Below the pieces are notes generated by a model, which was given only the letters and a program-made list of their open reading frames with translations, ran no database searches and was not told where the DNA came from. The translations under genes were made by a program, and so were the position numbers. DNA of 63,849 nucleotides, filler included, from Aduncisulcus paluster (lineage: Eukaryota), in assembly GCA_024181965.1 (NCBI GenBank). It is 8 parts of 8 records of this genome, joined end to end, with 100 filler letters (N's around TTAATTAATTAA, not from the genome) between each part and the next. Parts side by side here need not be neighbours in the genome. Positions count along the whole stretch, not along the records: positions 33,032 to 41,834 come from BQXS01011130.1; positions 41,935 to 49,626 come from BQXS01011131.1; 6 more parts are not named here. One strand, 5' to 3'. Of the stretch, positions 35,336 to 47,600 are shown piece after piece. Positions within the stretch are counted from its first letter, which is position 1, and each line of letters opens with the position of its first letter.

Positions 35336-35708
35336 TCAAATTATAGAAAACAATGATAAAGTTGTTGTTTCAAGATCCAGAAATGAACAAATTGAACTCC
35401 CCGAAAAACGAAAGTTCATAACCTGAAAATATACGAATTTCAACAAAATTTTCCCCAAAATATTCTAGAAAAATCCCATAATTTATTTAATCTAGGAAAA
35501 TAAGAACAAATAATGCAGAATATTTTGATGCTTAGACGAGCCGGAGCTCGCTGAAAATAAGTAGCATCAGCTCATATCCGATTAAATATCAATTTCAAAT
35601 ATAAAATACGCGACATTAAAATAAATTTCCCTCTAAAAATAATTTATTAAATGGTGTGAGATGACAGAAACCAAATGACAATCTCTCCCAATTTTGCCCA
35701 ACTATTGG

Positions 35709-36278
35709 ATGAACAAATTCTTTTCTTTGATTATTTTAGCTTTAATAGCTTTGACTCTTGCTTCAAAGGTTCAAATTACTGACAGAGTTTATTTTGACAT
35801 CGAAATTGGTGGAGAGTATCAAGGAAGAATTGTTATTGGATTATTCGGCGATGTCTGTCCCAAAACAGTCGAAAACTTTAAACAGTTGGCTCTTGGTGGA
35901 ACTGAAAACGCCCCTGGTTACAAGGGATCCATTTTCCACCGCGTTATCGACAACTTCATGATTCAAGGAGGAGATACCACAAATCGTAACGGTACCGGAG
36001 GAATGTCTATTTATGGATCCACTTTCCCCGATGAGAATTTTAAGATCCGTCATTTCGAGGGTTGTTTGTCTATGGCCAACAGAGGTAAAAACACCAACAG
36101 TAGCCAATTTTTCATCACCGTCGCCAACACATCTCATCTCAATGGTCGTCATGTTGTTTTTGGAGCTGTTACTGAAAATTATGAGCTTGTTAAATCTATT
36201 GCCAAGACCCAAACCGGTCGTAATGATAAGCCAGTGAAACCTGTTGTTATTGCTGATTGTGGTATTCTTGAGGAATAG
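35709..36278 (+). CDS. Secretory-pathway cyclophilin (cyclophilin B-like PPIase)
   Basis: Signal peptide [18 protein letters not shown], then [37 protein letters not shown] and HVVFG. Confidence 0.96.
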   Translation: MNKFFSLIILALIALTLASKVQITDRVYFDIEIGGEYQGRIVIGLFGDVCPKTVENFKQLALGGTENAPGYKGSIFHRVIDNFMIQGGDTTNRNGTGGMSIYGSTFPDENFKIRHFEGCLSMANRGKNTNSSQFFITVANTSHLNGRHVVFGAVTENYELVKSIAKTQTGRNDKPVKPVVIADCGILEE

Positions 36279-36522
36279 ATTTGTCAATATTAATTAGATT
36301 AATACCGTGTTGTTTGTGAGAACAAATCTCGAAGTCATTGATTATCTCCTCTGGATATGTGATGACATATGAAAAGAAATAAATGAAAATGGTATTATTA
36401 TGAACAACAATTCATATTTTCATTGAATTCTTTTTTGATTTCGTGATAGAAAACCTTCAAGGTGAATTTTTGCTCTATTGCCCAACATATAACCAAAAAA
36501 GGCATTTTCTTGGGGAAATAGA

Positions 36523-39500
36523 ATGGTTAAATTGAACCATAAAGCATTTTCATTCGCCTCATTTGAGAGAATTGCAAAACAACTCGCACTTCTGAAAAAT
36601 AGCTTAACTATCCTTAATAATGAAGAATCATCAAAGGATATAATACATTTCCAAAAATATATGGATCTTTTTTATGCAAATGCTGGACTATTTGATATAG
36701 AAATGGGAGATTTTTATTGTAATAATGCTGAGTCTGCTAGAGACTTTTCTCGATCAATTTGGCATTTTTTTAACGCCAAATTATACAAACAAATTGGGTT
36801 AGAAGTTTTTGGAAGTCCTCTTCAACCGAGAAATGGGAATATTCTCGTCCTATTAAAAGANNNNNNNNNNNNNNNNNNNNTTTCCAAAAATATATGGATC
36901 TTTTTTATGCAAATGCTGGACTATTTGATATAGAAATGGGAGATTTTTATTGTAATAATGCTGAGTCTGCTAGAGACTTTTCTCGATCAATTTGGCATTT
37001 TTTTAACGCCAAATTATACAAACAAATTGGGTTAGAAGTTTTTGGAAGTCCTCTTCAACCGAGAAATGGGAATATTCTCGTCCTATTAAAAGATGTTATT
37101 GAAGCCCATCGAGAGAATCCCCAAGTGACAAGACCCGGAATCCGTGCTGTTTTAGAGTTATCAAAACAACCTTGCGCCCGTGGAAAACTTGTATCGTTGG
37201 GATTATGCAAATTAATCTTTAGTTTGTTTGATGACGATTCTTCTCAGAAATGGATTTTATTATGCCTCTCCACTCTCTCAAATCTATCATTTTCCGTCTC
37301 TCTTCTCTCTCATTCCAACCTTTTCCACCGACTCATGTGTAAATTCATGCGGAATACTTCCATTGTTTGTTGTATTATCACCATTTTGAAGAATTCAGTG
37401 ATTCTTCCGCTTGTTTATTCGCATTCACACATGCAGATAGCTATTCAAAGTGTTGTTCAAGCCCTTCTGACCCATCATCAAGATCGGATTGTATCTTGGT
37501 TATGCCTTTCTTTTATAACACATACTGTCCGAGATCTCCAACTCCAAAAAATCCAACATCGGAGAGGATCCCATCTCGGCAGAAAGATCGATGGTGTTGG
37601 TGGAGCAATATCTGATGAAGAGAGACATTCCCCTGGCTCTGGCTCTTCATCCACCACCGATTGTCCCTCCACTTCCTCATGCTCGATCTCTTTCTCATCC
37701 TTATCCTCATCATCAAAGACCCCCAGTGCATTTATTCCCTCCCCACACCTGAAAACTCTCATCCCTTTGCTTCTCACACAAGGGTTTGGCCTGCCTATAA
37801 AAAAGAATCGGCCTCGTTCCATTGTATCCCGTAAGTCTTTCTATTCACAACATATCCCGCCAAACTTCGTAGCCCGTGAACCAGGCATGATCCAGTCTGT
37901 CATGACCTTGAGCAACATCTGGAGTATCTTCCCCGAAGATATCATCAGAGATAACATCCCCTTGTGGTGCATTGCTCTAGTGTCCACCATGATTGGTGCT
38001 GATGACACTGACCTCTCGAGCGCAGGAATATTCTCCCTATTCCCGAGTCCTCCGCTAGGGTCAGTCGGAGTAACCACATCAAGTGACATTCCCGCAGGCG
38101 CCTCCATAACAGACATTACTGGCATGTCCTCATTCTCTTCCTCATCGGGAACAGGCAAAGGAACGATGCCTTCCTCATCCATAGCTGTAGATCTGTGCCA
38201 TGTTTCCTCCTCTCCCTCTCTTCTTCCTTTCTTCCATTATTTACTGTCGCTTCCAGTCATTCCAGGTTCATTGTTGCCACCCATCGTAGAGTGTGTTGGG
38301 AGAATGTTCAACTGTGCACACATGTCCGTGACAGACTCTGATGTTTTATTGTCTAACGGGAAAAAACTCTCTTCAGTGTCAGGGCAGAGAAGATACTCGG
38401 AATCAGCATCGATGGAGTCAACCACACCATTCACAGTGTCTTCAATGTCGTTATCTGGATATCCATCTGGTTCTAATGGTTCTCATGGTACCTCTAATTT
38501 ATCATGTGATGTTCCCACAGGTATTCTTCTGTCTCCCCTTGAGATACTTGCTTACCTCTCCTTATTAAGAAGATGCATTTGCGTGTCCGAAGTGGAATCC
38601 TTGATCCCTCTGGGCTCTCTATCTCGTTGTCTTCGTGTGATGTGGCATTTACTTAAAGGTAATTCGCTTCTCAGTGTGGGTTCCATCGAGGCTGTTGAGA
38701 TCGTTGTTGATATTTTGCTTCGNNNNNNNNNNNNNNNNNNNNCTCTTCAGTGTCAGGGCAGAGAAGATACTCGGAATCAGCATCGATGGAGTCAACCACA
38801 CCATTCACAGTGTCTTCAATGTCGTTATCTGGATATCCATCTGGTTCTAATGGTTCTCATGGTACCTCTAATTTATCATGTGATGTTCCCACAGGTATTC
38901 TTCTGTCTCCCCTTGAGATACTTGCTTACCTCTCCTTATTAAGAAGATGCATTTGCGTGTCCGAAGTGGAATCCTTGATCCCTCTGGGCTCTCTATCTCG
39001 TTGTCTTCGTGTGATGTGGCATTTACTTAAAGGTAATTCGCTTCTCAGTGTGGGTTCCATCGAGGCTGTTGAGATCGTTGTTGATATTTTGCTTCGAACT
39101 GTTGAAGTTCTGCGACAAGGCGTGATCATCCCTCTGCTTCCTATCATTGTCCGAAATGAGATGGCCGAGATTATGTCAGCCATCAAACCTTTTGTTCCAA
39201 TGGTCATCGAGGAAGTCGGAATTAGTAATATCAGTCACTCATCCTCAAAGTACCCGTCTGATGATTCAAAGTTACATTGTTCAGATGATCGTGGGGACTC
39301 AGGTCAACCCTCTAGGCCTCGTTCTGTATCCTCATCTGCCGTTGAACGGAGCTCAGTATCATCATGGATAAAGCCAGAGAAGAAATGTGTTAAATATATT
39401 GATCTCCTCAACCTTTTCCTGCACCCATCCACATCCCCTTCTGCATTATCTCCCCTCTTCTCCTTAACACTTCCCATTTGTCTCTCTCTCCATCATGGCA

Positions 39501-41834
39501 TAGCCCAATGCAACTGTATATCCTGTGTTAGGTGCCTTATAAAGGTTATGATGGAGTGGCATCAACAAGAGGTTGTTGCGCACGAACAAGGAGAGGAACA
39601 GATCATCCCTGATATAGCTTCTGTAGACACCCACCCTTCACCCTCCCACCCTCATTCTCCTCCCACTCTCATCCCCATTCTTTCTGCCTTACTCTGTTCA
39701 CTGACAGAACCTTCAATCTCTATGTTCCTCCATCCATCTCTCTTTCCCTTGAGAAAGTCCTTCGTTGACTGCATATGCATGTGTGACCACGAAGGAATGG
39801 AGATGGCATGTGAAATAATATCCAAAATTGTTAGATATTTGCTTCAAGTAGAACGTAATATGCTTGTGCAATATGAGAGAGAGAAAATGATTCGTAAACA
39901 ACATGAAGATGAGAGAAAAGAAGCCATGGTTGCCCTCGCTTCAATGAATCTCTCTTCAACAGTCCAATCCACTCTTCTCGGTGCTTATTCAGACACTGTT
40001 TCCATCGAAACTAATGAAGATCCTGAGAAAGCACTGCCAACTGATAATGACATTCATGTTCATGTTCAAAAACATCATGAAAGATCTTCCGCGGAACAAT
40101 CCGACACTCTATCAGATTCCCTCTCTTCCATACGCTCCACTCTCCATCCGTTTTTGTTTGGAGATGAATGTGGCATTGTGTCTTGGCTATGTGGATTCAT
40201 CGAGAGTGGATACCTATGTGGCAGAGCTGTGGAACTATTGTGTACATTCATGGATGCCGAGTCTTCTGTATGTGACATTGTTGTGACTCGCGAAACTCCT
40301 TATGTTCTCGCCAAATATCTGGCCAAATATTCCACTTACCAGAGCTCTTGCATAACAACAAAACCACACAAAGAAGGCGGAGAAGGCGAGGAAGAAGGTA
40401 TTCCGCAAGAGGAAGAGGAACCCTCTATTCCTGTGTATAGAAGTGATCCTCAAAATGGAGCTTTCTTCTCTTCAGAGGCCGAGATGGTTGTAAAATTCTT
40501 CTTGACCCTGGCTCAGACAGAACGAGGCTGTGTGTGTGTATGAATGCGTTGGTGATTTATTATCAAGCGTATGCAGTGCCAGTGTAAGTGATGAGGTTGC
40601 CGTAAGAGTCTGTGAGATATATACACGTATTTTGAGCCTTGCTCCATCCTTGGCCATGACAAGTTCATTGCACCCTTTTCAAATTGGGTTGATGGAATCC
40701 AAGCTTTCTTCCCCTCCCCATCCTTCATCTGGAACTCCCCATTCCACTGGTGGTGTCAATCCTATGGAATCAACTCCCTCTGTCGACTCTAGATCTCATC
40801 ATCATTCCCATCATCACACAACACAACCCTCAATATCCTCTGGTGTATGTGAGAATGTTTTGGGTCACATTGGTACTTCTCTGGGCTGTGTTTGGGCAAG
40901 GAGAAGAGAAAGAGAACGGAAGAACAAAATGGCAAGACAATCGAGTGGGCTTGGTCGACGTCAGAATAGCAATATATTGAGAGTATCCAGACTTCAATCC
41001 ATTTCCATCCAGTCCACCCAGTCCCTCCCTTCTCTCCACCTTCAACCCTCAGCATCCATCAACAATTCTTCGGATCCTTTCTCCTACACTTCTTCTTCCT
41101 CCTCTTCTTCATCCGCTCTTTCCTCTTCTCGAGGTAGCTATCATTGTTCGCTGTATGATGTTAGAGTGAATGATGTGTATGTTAATGTGATGAAAGTTGT
41201 GTGCGACTGTTGTCTAATATTCAGCCATGTTCCCTCAGTGATCGTTCGTGCTCTGAACATATTCTCCAGTCTTCCACTCGATATATTCTCCTCGATACTA
41301 TTATGTTATCCGGCCCTTTTCTCGCTTTTCATGGCCGTGTGTTCAGCTATAACCAAGAGAAACCTCAAAGATAAACGTCCCAAGTTGCTCATGTGTGAAT
41401 TACTGCTCTCTCTGCCGAAATGTGTGCTTGCTGTGCTGATTGCTGATGATACCACACGTATCACTGCAGAAAAAGAGATAGGTTTGACGAGAGTTATTGA
41501 TTCAACTTCCATTCCTTCCTCTTCCTCATCATCATTGCCTTCAAAGGTGACTTTCTCAACCTCTCAGAATGCCGGAAAAGGAGATACCCAGCCGAGCGAG
41601 ATGAGTGTAAAAAAAGGAAAAGACAAAGCCATGTCTCTCAGAGACATTGACGGCATGCATCACTCAGTGGATCATGAAGCAACTCACAAGGGTAAGGAAG
41701 ATGAACTGAAACTCTCAGATATTAAAACATTAAAGAAGTCAGATCAACCAACAACTATCAAAGGCAAAGATGAGAAAAAAATTACTAGACCTCTCACAAG
41801 ACAACAGAAGAAAGAACTCAAAAAAGAACTCAAA
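36523..41834 (+). CDS. Very large hypothetical helical/Ser-rich protein (3'-partial), split by two gap duplications and one frame change at ~40530
   Basis: ORFs 36523, 36894 and 38750 overlap through duplicated flanks of the 20-N gaps. ORF 40530-41834 continues after a (TG)5 run. Confidence 0.7.
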
Positions 41835-42101
41835 NNNNNNNNNNNNNNNNNNNNNNNNNNNNNNNNNNNNNNNNNNNNTTAATTAATTAANNNNNNNNNN
41901 NNNNNNNNNNNNNNNNNNNNNNNNNNNNNNNNNNCCCTTAAATTGGAGGTTTTTATTCTATCTTAAAGATAGAACTTTTCCTCCTTCCATTGGTAGTTAA
42001 CAGGTAGGCTTTTTTTGGGGCAACTGACATGCCATGTCTACTATGATAGTATGATCTAAGGTAATTGGCTTTTTTTTTTAATTTATTATTACTTGGGGCG
42101 A

Positions 42102-42200
42102 CTGATTTGATATCAAACTCAGCTCAGCATGGAGCACTTCAATTACCTCCGTGCTGAGCAGGTCACGATGCTCGGTCTCTCTCTGCCAGAGCCGTGCTCA
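42102..42200. other. Strong hairpin cluster
   Basis: 13-bp stem GCTCAGCATGGAG(42122-42134)/CTCCGTGCTGAGC(42147-42159) with one G-U pair, preceded by CTGA-TTTGATATCAAA-C-TCAG. Confidence 0.45.
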
Positions 42201-42905
42201 GGTAGGGAGATGATGGAGAGATGTGTTCGTCGACATAGGGAGGCCCTGGATTCATTATTCCCTCGATTAATGTTGAGGCCAATCTATGAACAGCAGTGTT
42301 GTTTTGGACAGTATCTTCTTTTCGAGGGGAAGAGTATATGCGATTTATTCGTTTCCTGTCCAAATAGCACATGGCTAGTAAATCGGAAGAAGAAACAAAA
42401 ATAATTCAAAGTGGTTAAACAAGACTTCTGAATATATCAATTGGATATAATGGGCATATAAGCTTATTTTATGCAAAGATCTTAATACAATCATTAATTT
42501 TCTATACAATATAAAGCTGTAGAGACATTTCCAGTTTCTGAGGGAAAATATAAATTAACCATCAATATAATAAAGGCTCATGCATTAAAACCCTCTCTAG
42601 AACAATAAAATCCCCTGGACAATAAAATCAATGTAACTTTCAGATTTTTTGCAAAAACTTTTGGTTAGAAACCGAGTCAAATCAAGGAATATATTTTATT
42701 TTTAAATATAAGCACAAAACATATTGTTTATACTGATTTATATTGTATTATATCAATATATTTTCTCCAATTCTATACAATAACAATTCAGCGTTGTTAT
42801 CAACATGAAGAAGCAGAGAGGAGAGATAGAGAGATGAATAAGATAACTATGAGAAAAAATGAATAAATATTTAATAAAATATAAAATATCATCAAAAAAA
42901 TAGAA

Positions 42906-44123
42906 TTATTGAATCACAAATACCTGAAATACAGCGGCAATTGCAGACAAAACAGTGGCAATTCCCACAATAATTCTACACCATCCTTCACTCAGCTTCA
43001 TGGCAAATTTAGCTGATATAATGGCACCCCCGATAGCCAATACTGGCATCATAATCATATATGGCCATATTTCATGGTAATTGCTCCTTGTCAGTCTGAA
43101 TGAATGACTAACAACACACACAAATGTCATCACGACAACTTGAGCATTGCTGGTGGCAGTGGCTTGAAGCATCTCGAACTTAAAGGCGAATACAAGGACG
43201 ACAGCCATCAACATACCACCGCTAAAGCCCAATATTCCAACATATATGCAACTGGCGGCCAACAAGAGACAATATTTCACAACTCGTTTCTTTTCATGTT
43301 TAACTTCATTCCAAGCGGTAACAGTATTGCGCATCTCGGCTATCTTGGCTTTCCTGCGTACTTTCCTCGCAGCTCTCCTCGCTTTTCTCAGAGCTACTCT
43401 TTCTTCATGGGTTTCACCTTTCGTGGAAGAAGGGGAGGAAGAACGGGTATGGGTGGAGTCATCAAGGAGTAAAGAACCACCAGATGTGTCGAGAGCCACG
43501 CCAACTAATGGCTCGAGACACTGAGGTTCAACGGGAGCAGAGTCAGCCATAATAATCTCTTTGGCATCAACAGACTGACTTTGAGTTGGACAAACAGACT
43601 CACTCATTGACGGTAAAGCACCTGTGCCGATTTTATCGATTTTATCCTCATTATCATAGCTGATAGATTCATACGAATCAATATCAGCATAATCCTTGGT
43701 TACTTCACCAATAAGGGCGACTCCATCCTCATCTTTGGGAGCTTTAAGTAGTTTATAGCCAGATATAAGGAAAGGAATACCCAAAATGGCAGCGAATGGA
43801 CCAATAAGATTGAATAGAAGAGTTTGGTATTTTTCGAGGAACCAGGCACTAAAAAAGGTCATCCCAAAGACAATTGGAACGATAATACAGGCTCCAATCA
43901 CGACAAGTTCCCAACAAACTCGTTTACGGTAAACAACAGTAAGAGCAAGATTTGTGGAAAAATCAACAAGTAAAGAGAGATAAACTGACTCAAGAATATC
44001 ATATTTAAACACACAAAACGACAAAGGTACGACTAAATTCCAAGCTGTAAGACTGATTAGACTGGCTCCCACCCCTATCAAAACACTTATGGGGAGGAAT
44101 ATAAGGATATGAATAAGTTCCAT
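42906..44123 (-). CDS. TauE/SafE (TSUP) family membrane transporter
   Basis: Two hydrophobic halves separated by a soluble insert, with GGMLMAVVLVFAFKFEMLQATATS and AIGGAIISAKFA motifs. ATG at 44123. Confidence 0.75.
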   Translation of the reverse strand: MELIHILIFLPISVLIGVGASLISLTAWNLVVPLSFCVFKYDILESVYLSLLVDFSTNLALTVVYRKRVCWELVVIGACIIVPIVFGMTFFSAWFLEKYQTLLFNLIGPFAAILGIPFLISGYKLLKAPKDEDGVALIGEVTKDYADIDSYESISYDNEDKIDKIGTGALPSMSESVCPTQSQSVDAKEIIMADSAPVEPQCLEPLVGVALDTSGGSLLLDDSTHTRSSSPSSTKGETHEERVALRKARRAARKVRRKAKIAEMRNTVTAWNEVKHEKKRVVKYCLLLAASCIYVGILGFSGGMLMAVVLVFAFKFEMLQATATSNAQVVVMTFVCVVSHSFRLTRSNYHEIWPYMIMMPVLAIGGAIISAKFAMKLSEGWCRIIVGIATVLSAIAAVFQVFVIQ

Positions 44124-44653
44124 TTTAGAATACCAACAATACAATAATTAAATAATGATTGAATTTAAAAATAATATTGGCTTCAAAAGGTAGAAGATAT
44201 GGATTGGGAAAAAAGACTCTGTTTGCCCAAAATCATTCAATAATTCGCCCGTAATCCACTTAAAAAAACATTCCAAGACCTTCAAAATAATGGATAACTT
44301 GGTTCGTCGTCATAAAATAAAATAAATTCGATTTATGGACGGGAAAAGAGCAATTAGGATTTTTGTTGATTTTCTGAATCTCCCAGTGAGAAGTTATCGA
44401 GGAATCAATTGTTAACTATTATGGAAGAAACAATATTTTCAAACCGATTACACATAAATTCCCTCCTAAATGTGACTTTATTTCACACGTTTGGTTATCT
44501 CGTGAAATCAATTTGTTGATACAATTCTATAATTTTCTTTAGATATTAAAATATATTTTATTCCATTTTCCATCATTTAGATACTGATATTACCTTGAAT
44601 ACTGGATCCAACCCTGAGATCATCGATTTCTCGGCTCCACGAGAAGAACAGTT

Positions 44654-47600
44654 ATGAAAGTTTGTCTCGTCATTGCAGAAAAACCCAGTATAGCAAATAC
44701 TTTTGCTAAATTCATTGCTGATGGTGATATATCCACAAAAACAGGTGGAGGTACTCCTGTCCACATGTTCACCTCTAAAATAACTGGTCAAGCGTGGCAA
44801 TACAAAGTTACTAGTGTTGCAGGTCACTTATTTGATGCCAATTTTACATCAGGTTATGAAAACTGGCAAGATGATCCAGCTCGTCTTTTCGATGCTGGAA
44901 TTAAGAAACAATCTTGTAGTGGACGTATTATTCATCATCTAGAACGTGAATCTAAAGGATGTGATGCCATTATCCTAGCTTTAGACAATGATAGAGAGGG
45001 TGAGAATATCGGTCTTGAAGTACTTAGTCTTGTTGGCAAAAACTTTAACAAATTCCACGAATGGGATAATATTAAAGATATTGTTAAAAATGGTGGCTCT
45101 TCAGGTGCCAAACCTCATCATAAATCTCACGGCAAAGGTTCTTCCAAACATCCATCTTCCTCCTCTTCCTCGACTCTAAACTCTGAAAAACAACAAATAT
45201 ACAGAATCATCTTTTCATCTCTTACTCGTGTCGATATCAGGAAAGCCATGCACAGTTTAACAAATCTCAATATTAATGCGGCACTTGCTGTTGAAGCCAG
45301 ACAAGAACTTGATCTCAAAGTCGGTGCAGCCTTCACTCGGTCACTTACTGTTCGTTTGAGAGGAAGATATGAAGGATTTGAAGAAGGAGTTGTGTCATAC
45401 GGTCCCTGCCAAACCCCTACCCTTAATTTTGTTGTAAAGAGGGATGATTTGCGTAAAGCATTCGTTCCAAAAGAATATTGGACGGTAGCTGTTAGTGTTT
45501 CGAGCATNNNNNNNNNNNNNNNNNNNNCATCTTTTCATCTCTTACTCGTGTCGATATCAGGAAAGCCATGCACAGTTTAACAAATCTCAATATTAATGCG
45601 GCACTTGCTGTTGAAGCCAGACAAGAACTTGATCTCAAAGTCGGTGCAGCCTTCACTCGGTCACTTACTGTTCGTTTGAGAGGAAGATATGAAGGATTTG
45701 AAGAAGGAGTTGTGTCATACGGTCCCTGCCAAACCCCTACCCTTAATTTTGTTGTAAAGAGGGATGATTTGCGTAAAGCATTCGTTCCAAAAGAATATTG
45801 GACGGTAGCTGTTAGTGTTTCGAGCATCGGAAAGGATTCAGGAACGATGGTAGATTCGTTAGCCTCTAATATTACAATGAAAAGTTGTGGAGGGCGTTTA
45901 TTTGATCGCAACGAGGCTCAAAAAGTATGTAAAGAGATTTCTCGATGCGGTTCCTTGATAGTACAGGCCGTGACAAACTCCTGTTCAAAGAGATCTCCCC
46001 CGCTTCCTTTGAACACTATTAATATGCTTGAATTGGCCTCTATCGAACTCTCCATGGCTCCCAAACACACAATGCACGTCGCTGAGTCGCTATATCTGGC
46101 CGGATATATTACTTATCCACGGACAGAAACCACAAGTTACTCGAAGAATGTCAATTGGAAGTCAATCATTTCCAAATTTGTAGAAAAGAATGTTTACAAC
46201 TCAAGTTCTATTTTGGGAGATGCTCCCTCCCTCTCAAGAGCTATAATTAGAACCCATACCGGTGTCGATGCAGGTGACCACCCTCCCATCACCCCGACCG
46301 GTGTGGCTATAAATATCTCTGAAGTTTCTCACCTTGGAAGTGATGCCTGTGAATTATTTGATCTTATATGTCGTCATTTCCTCGCCACCATGGCCCCTGT
46401 TTGTATTTGTGAGACCAAAAGTGTTGTTTTCCAGGTCGAAGGCAAAGAAAAGGAAATATCTGCTTTAGCAATGCGAACTTCCAAGGAAAAAAAGAGAGGA
46501 AGAAAGGAACAACCCGAAGGAAAAAAAATGAAGAAAGAAGCGGATGAAAGTCAACTTGAGGAATATATTGATGAGAAAACTCTAAATGAACAGGAGGAAA
46601 TGTTCGGGGAGCAAAGAAAACGTCACGATGCTTCATTTTATAAGTTTAAAACTTCATCTCTCTCAATAATTTCTCCTGGATTCACTGAGTTCGCATACTG
46701 GAAAAAACCTATTGCGTCCTCCTCCTCTTCCTCCTCTTCCTCCTCTCCCTCTTCCTCTTCTTACAAAGTAGGAAATAAGTTCAAAGTAATTAGTACAAGC
46801 ACTCCTAATGATTTTACGACCCCTCCTCCCCTTCTTTCCGAAGCAGATCTTATCAAACTTATGGAAAAGAACGGAATTGGAACTGATGCTTCAATAGCCA
46901 CCCACATAAATACTATTCAAACAAGGGAATATGTTACTCTTGTCCATGGAAGGAAATTACAGCCGACTACATTAGGTGTATTATTGTGCCATTCCCTCTG
47001 TGAGGTTGACAAGTGGTTAGTTGAAAGCAAGGCAAGATCGAGGACAGAAAAAGATTTGTTATCTATAGAAAAGGGAAGTAACAACGTTGGAACCGTTGTT
47101 TCCTGTACTTTAGATGCTTACAAATCCATGTTTTCTCGTTTTGTCCAATATTTCTCGAAGATTGAAGCTCTTTTCTGTTCCCATTTCCAACCTACTGAAA
47201 TGTCGCAAGGGAAATTATTATCGAAATGTTCGTGTGGATGTTATCTAAGACACATTACTTTCAGACCACAGCACCTCCACTGCGAAAAATGTCTATTGTC
47301 ATATCCATTGCCTCCTCAATGCTCTTCAGTGAAGTGTTTCAAGGGTGATAAATGCGTCAGATGTGGATTTGAAGTTATCATGGTTGATATTCCAGGTAGA
47401 AGAACTATTTTGCTTTGCCCAAAATGCTACAATGATTCAGAAGTCTCTTGTGGAAGGGAAAAAATGATGATAAATGAAAAGAAAGAAGAAGAGGAGAGAG
47501 AGAGAGAGGAAGAGAAAGAGAAAGAGAAAGAAGCAAAAGGAAGAGGAAGAGGAAGAGGAAGAGGAAGAGGAAGAGGGAGAGGGAGAGGACGGGGAAATTA

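Noticed and set aside
42147-42166. Resemblance to SRP (7SL) RNA sequence (CTCCGTGCTGAGCAGGTCA)
   Set aside because: The helix-8 5' strand and GNRA loop were not found; the match is too short.
36647-45827. Exact duplications around the 20-N gaps (36861, 38723, 45508)
   Set aside because: Unmerged contig overlaps; removing one copy restores continuous ORFs.
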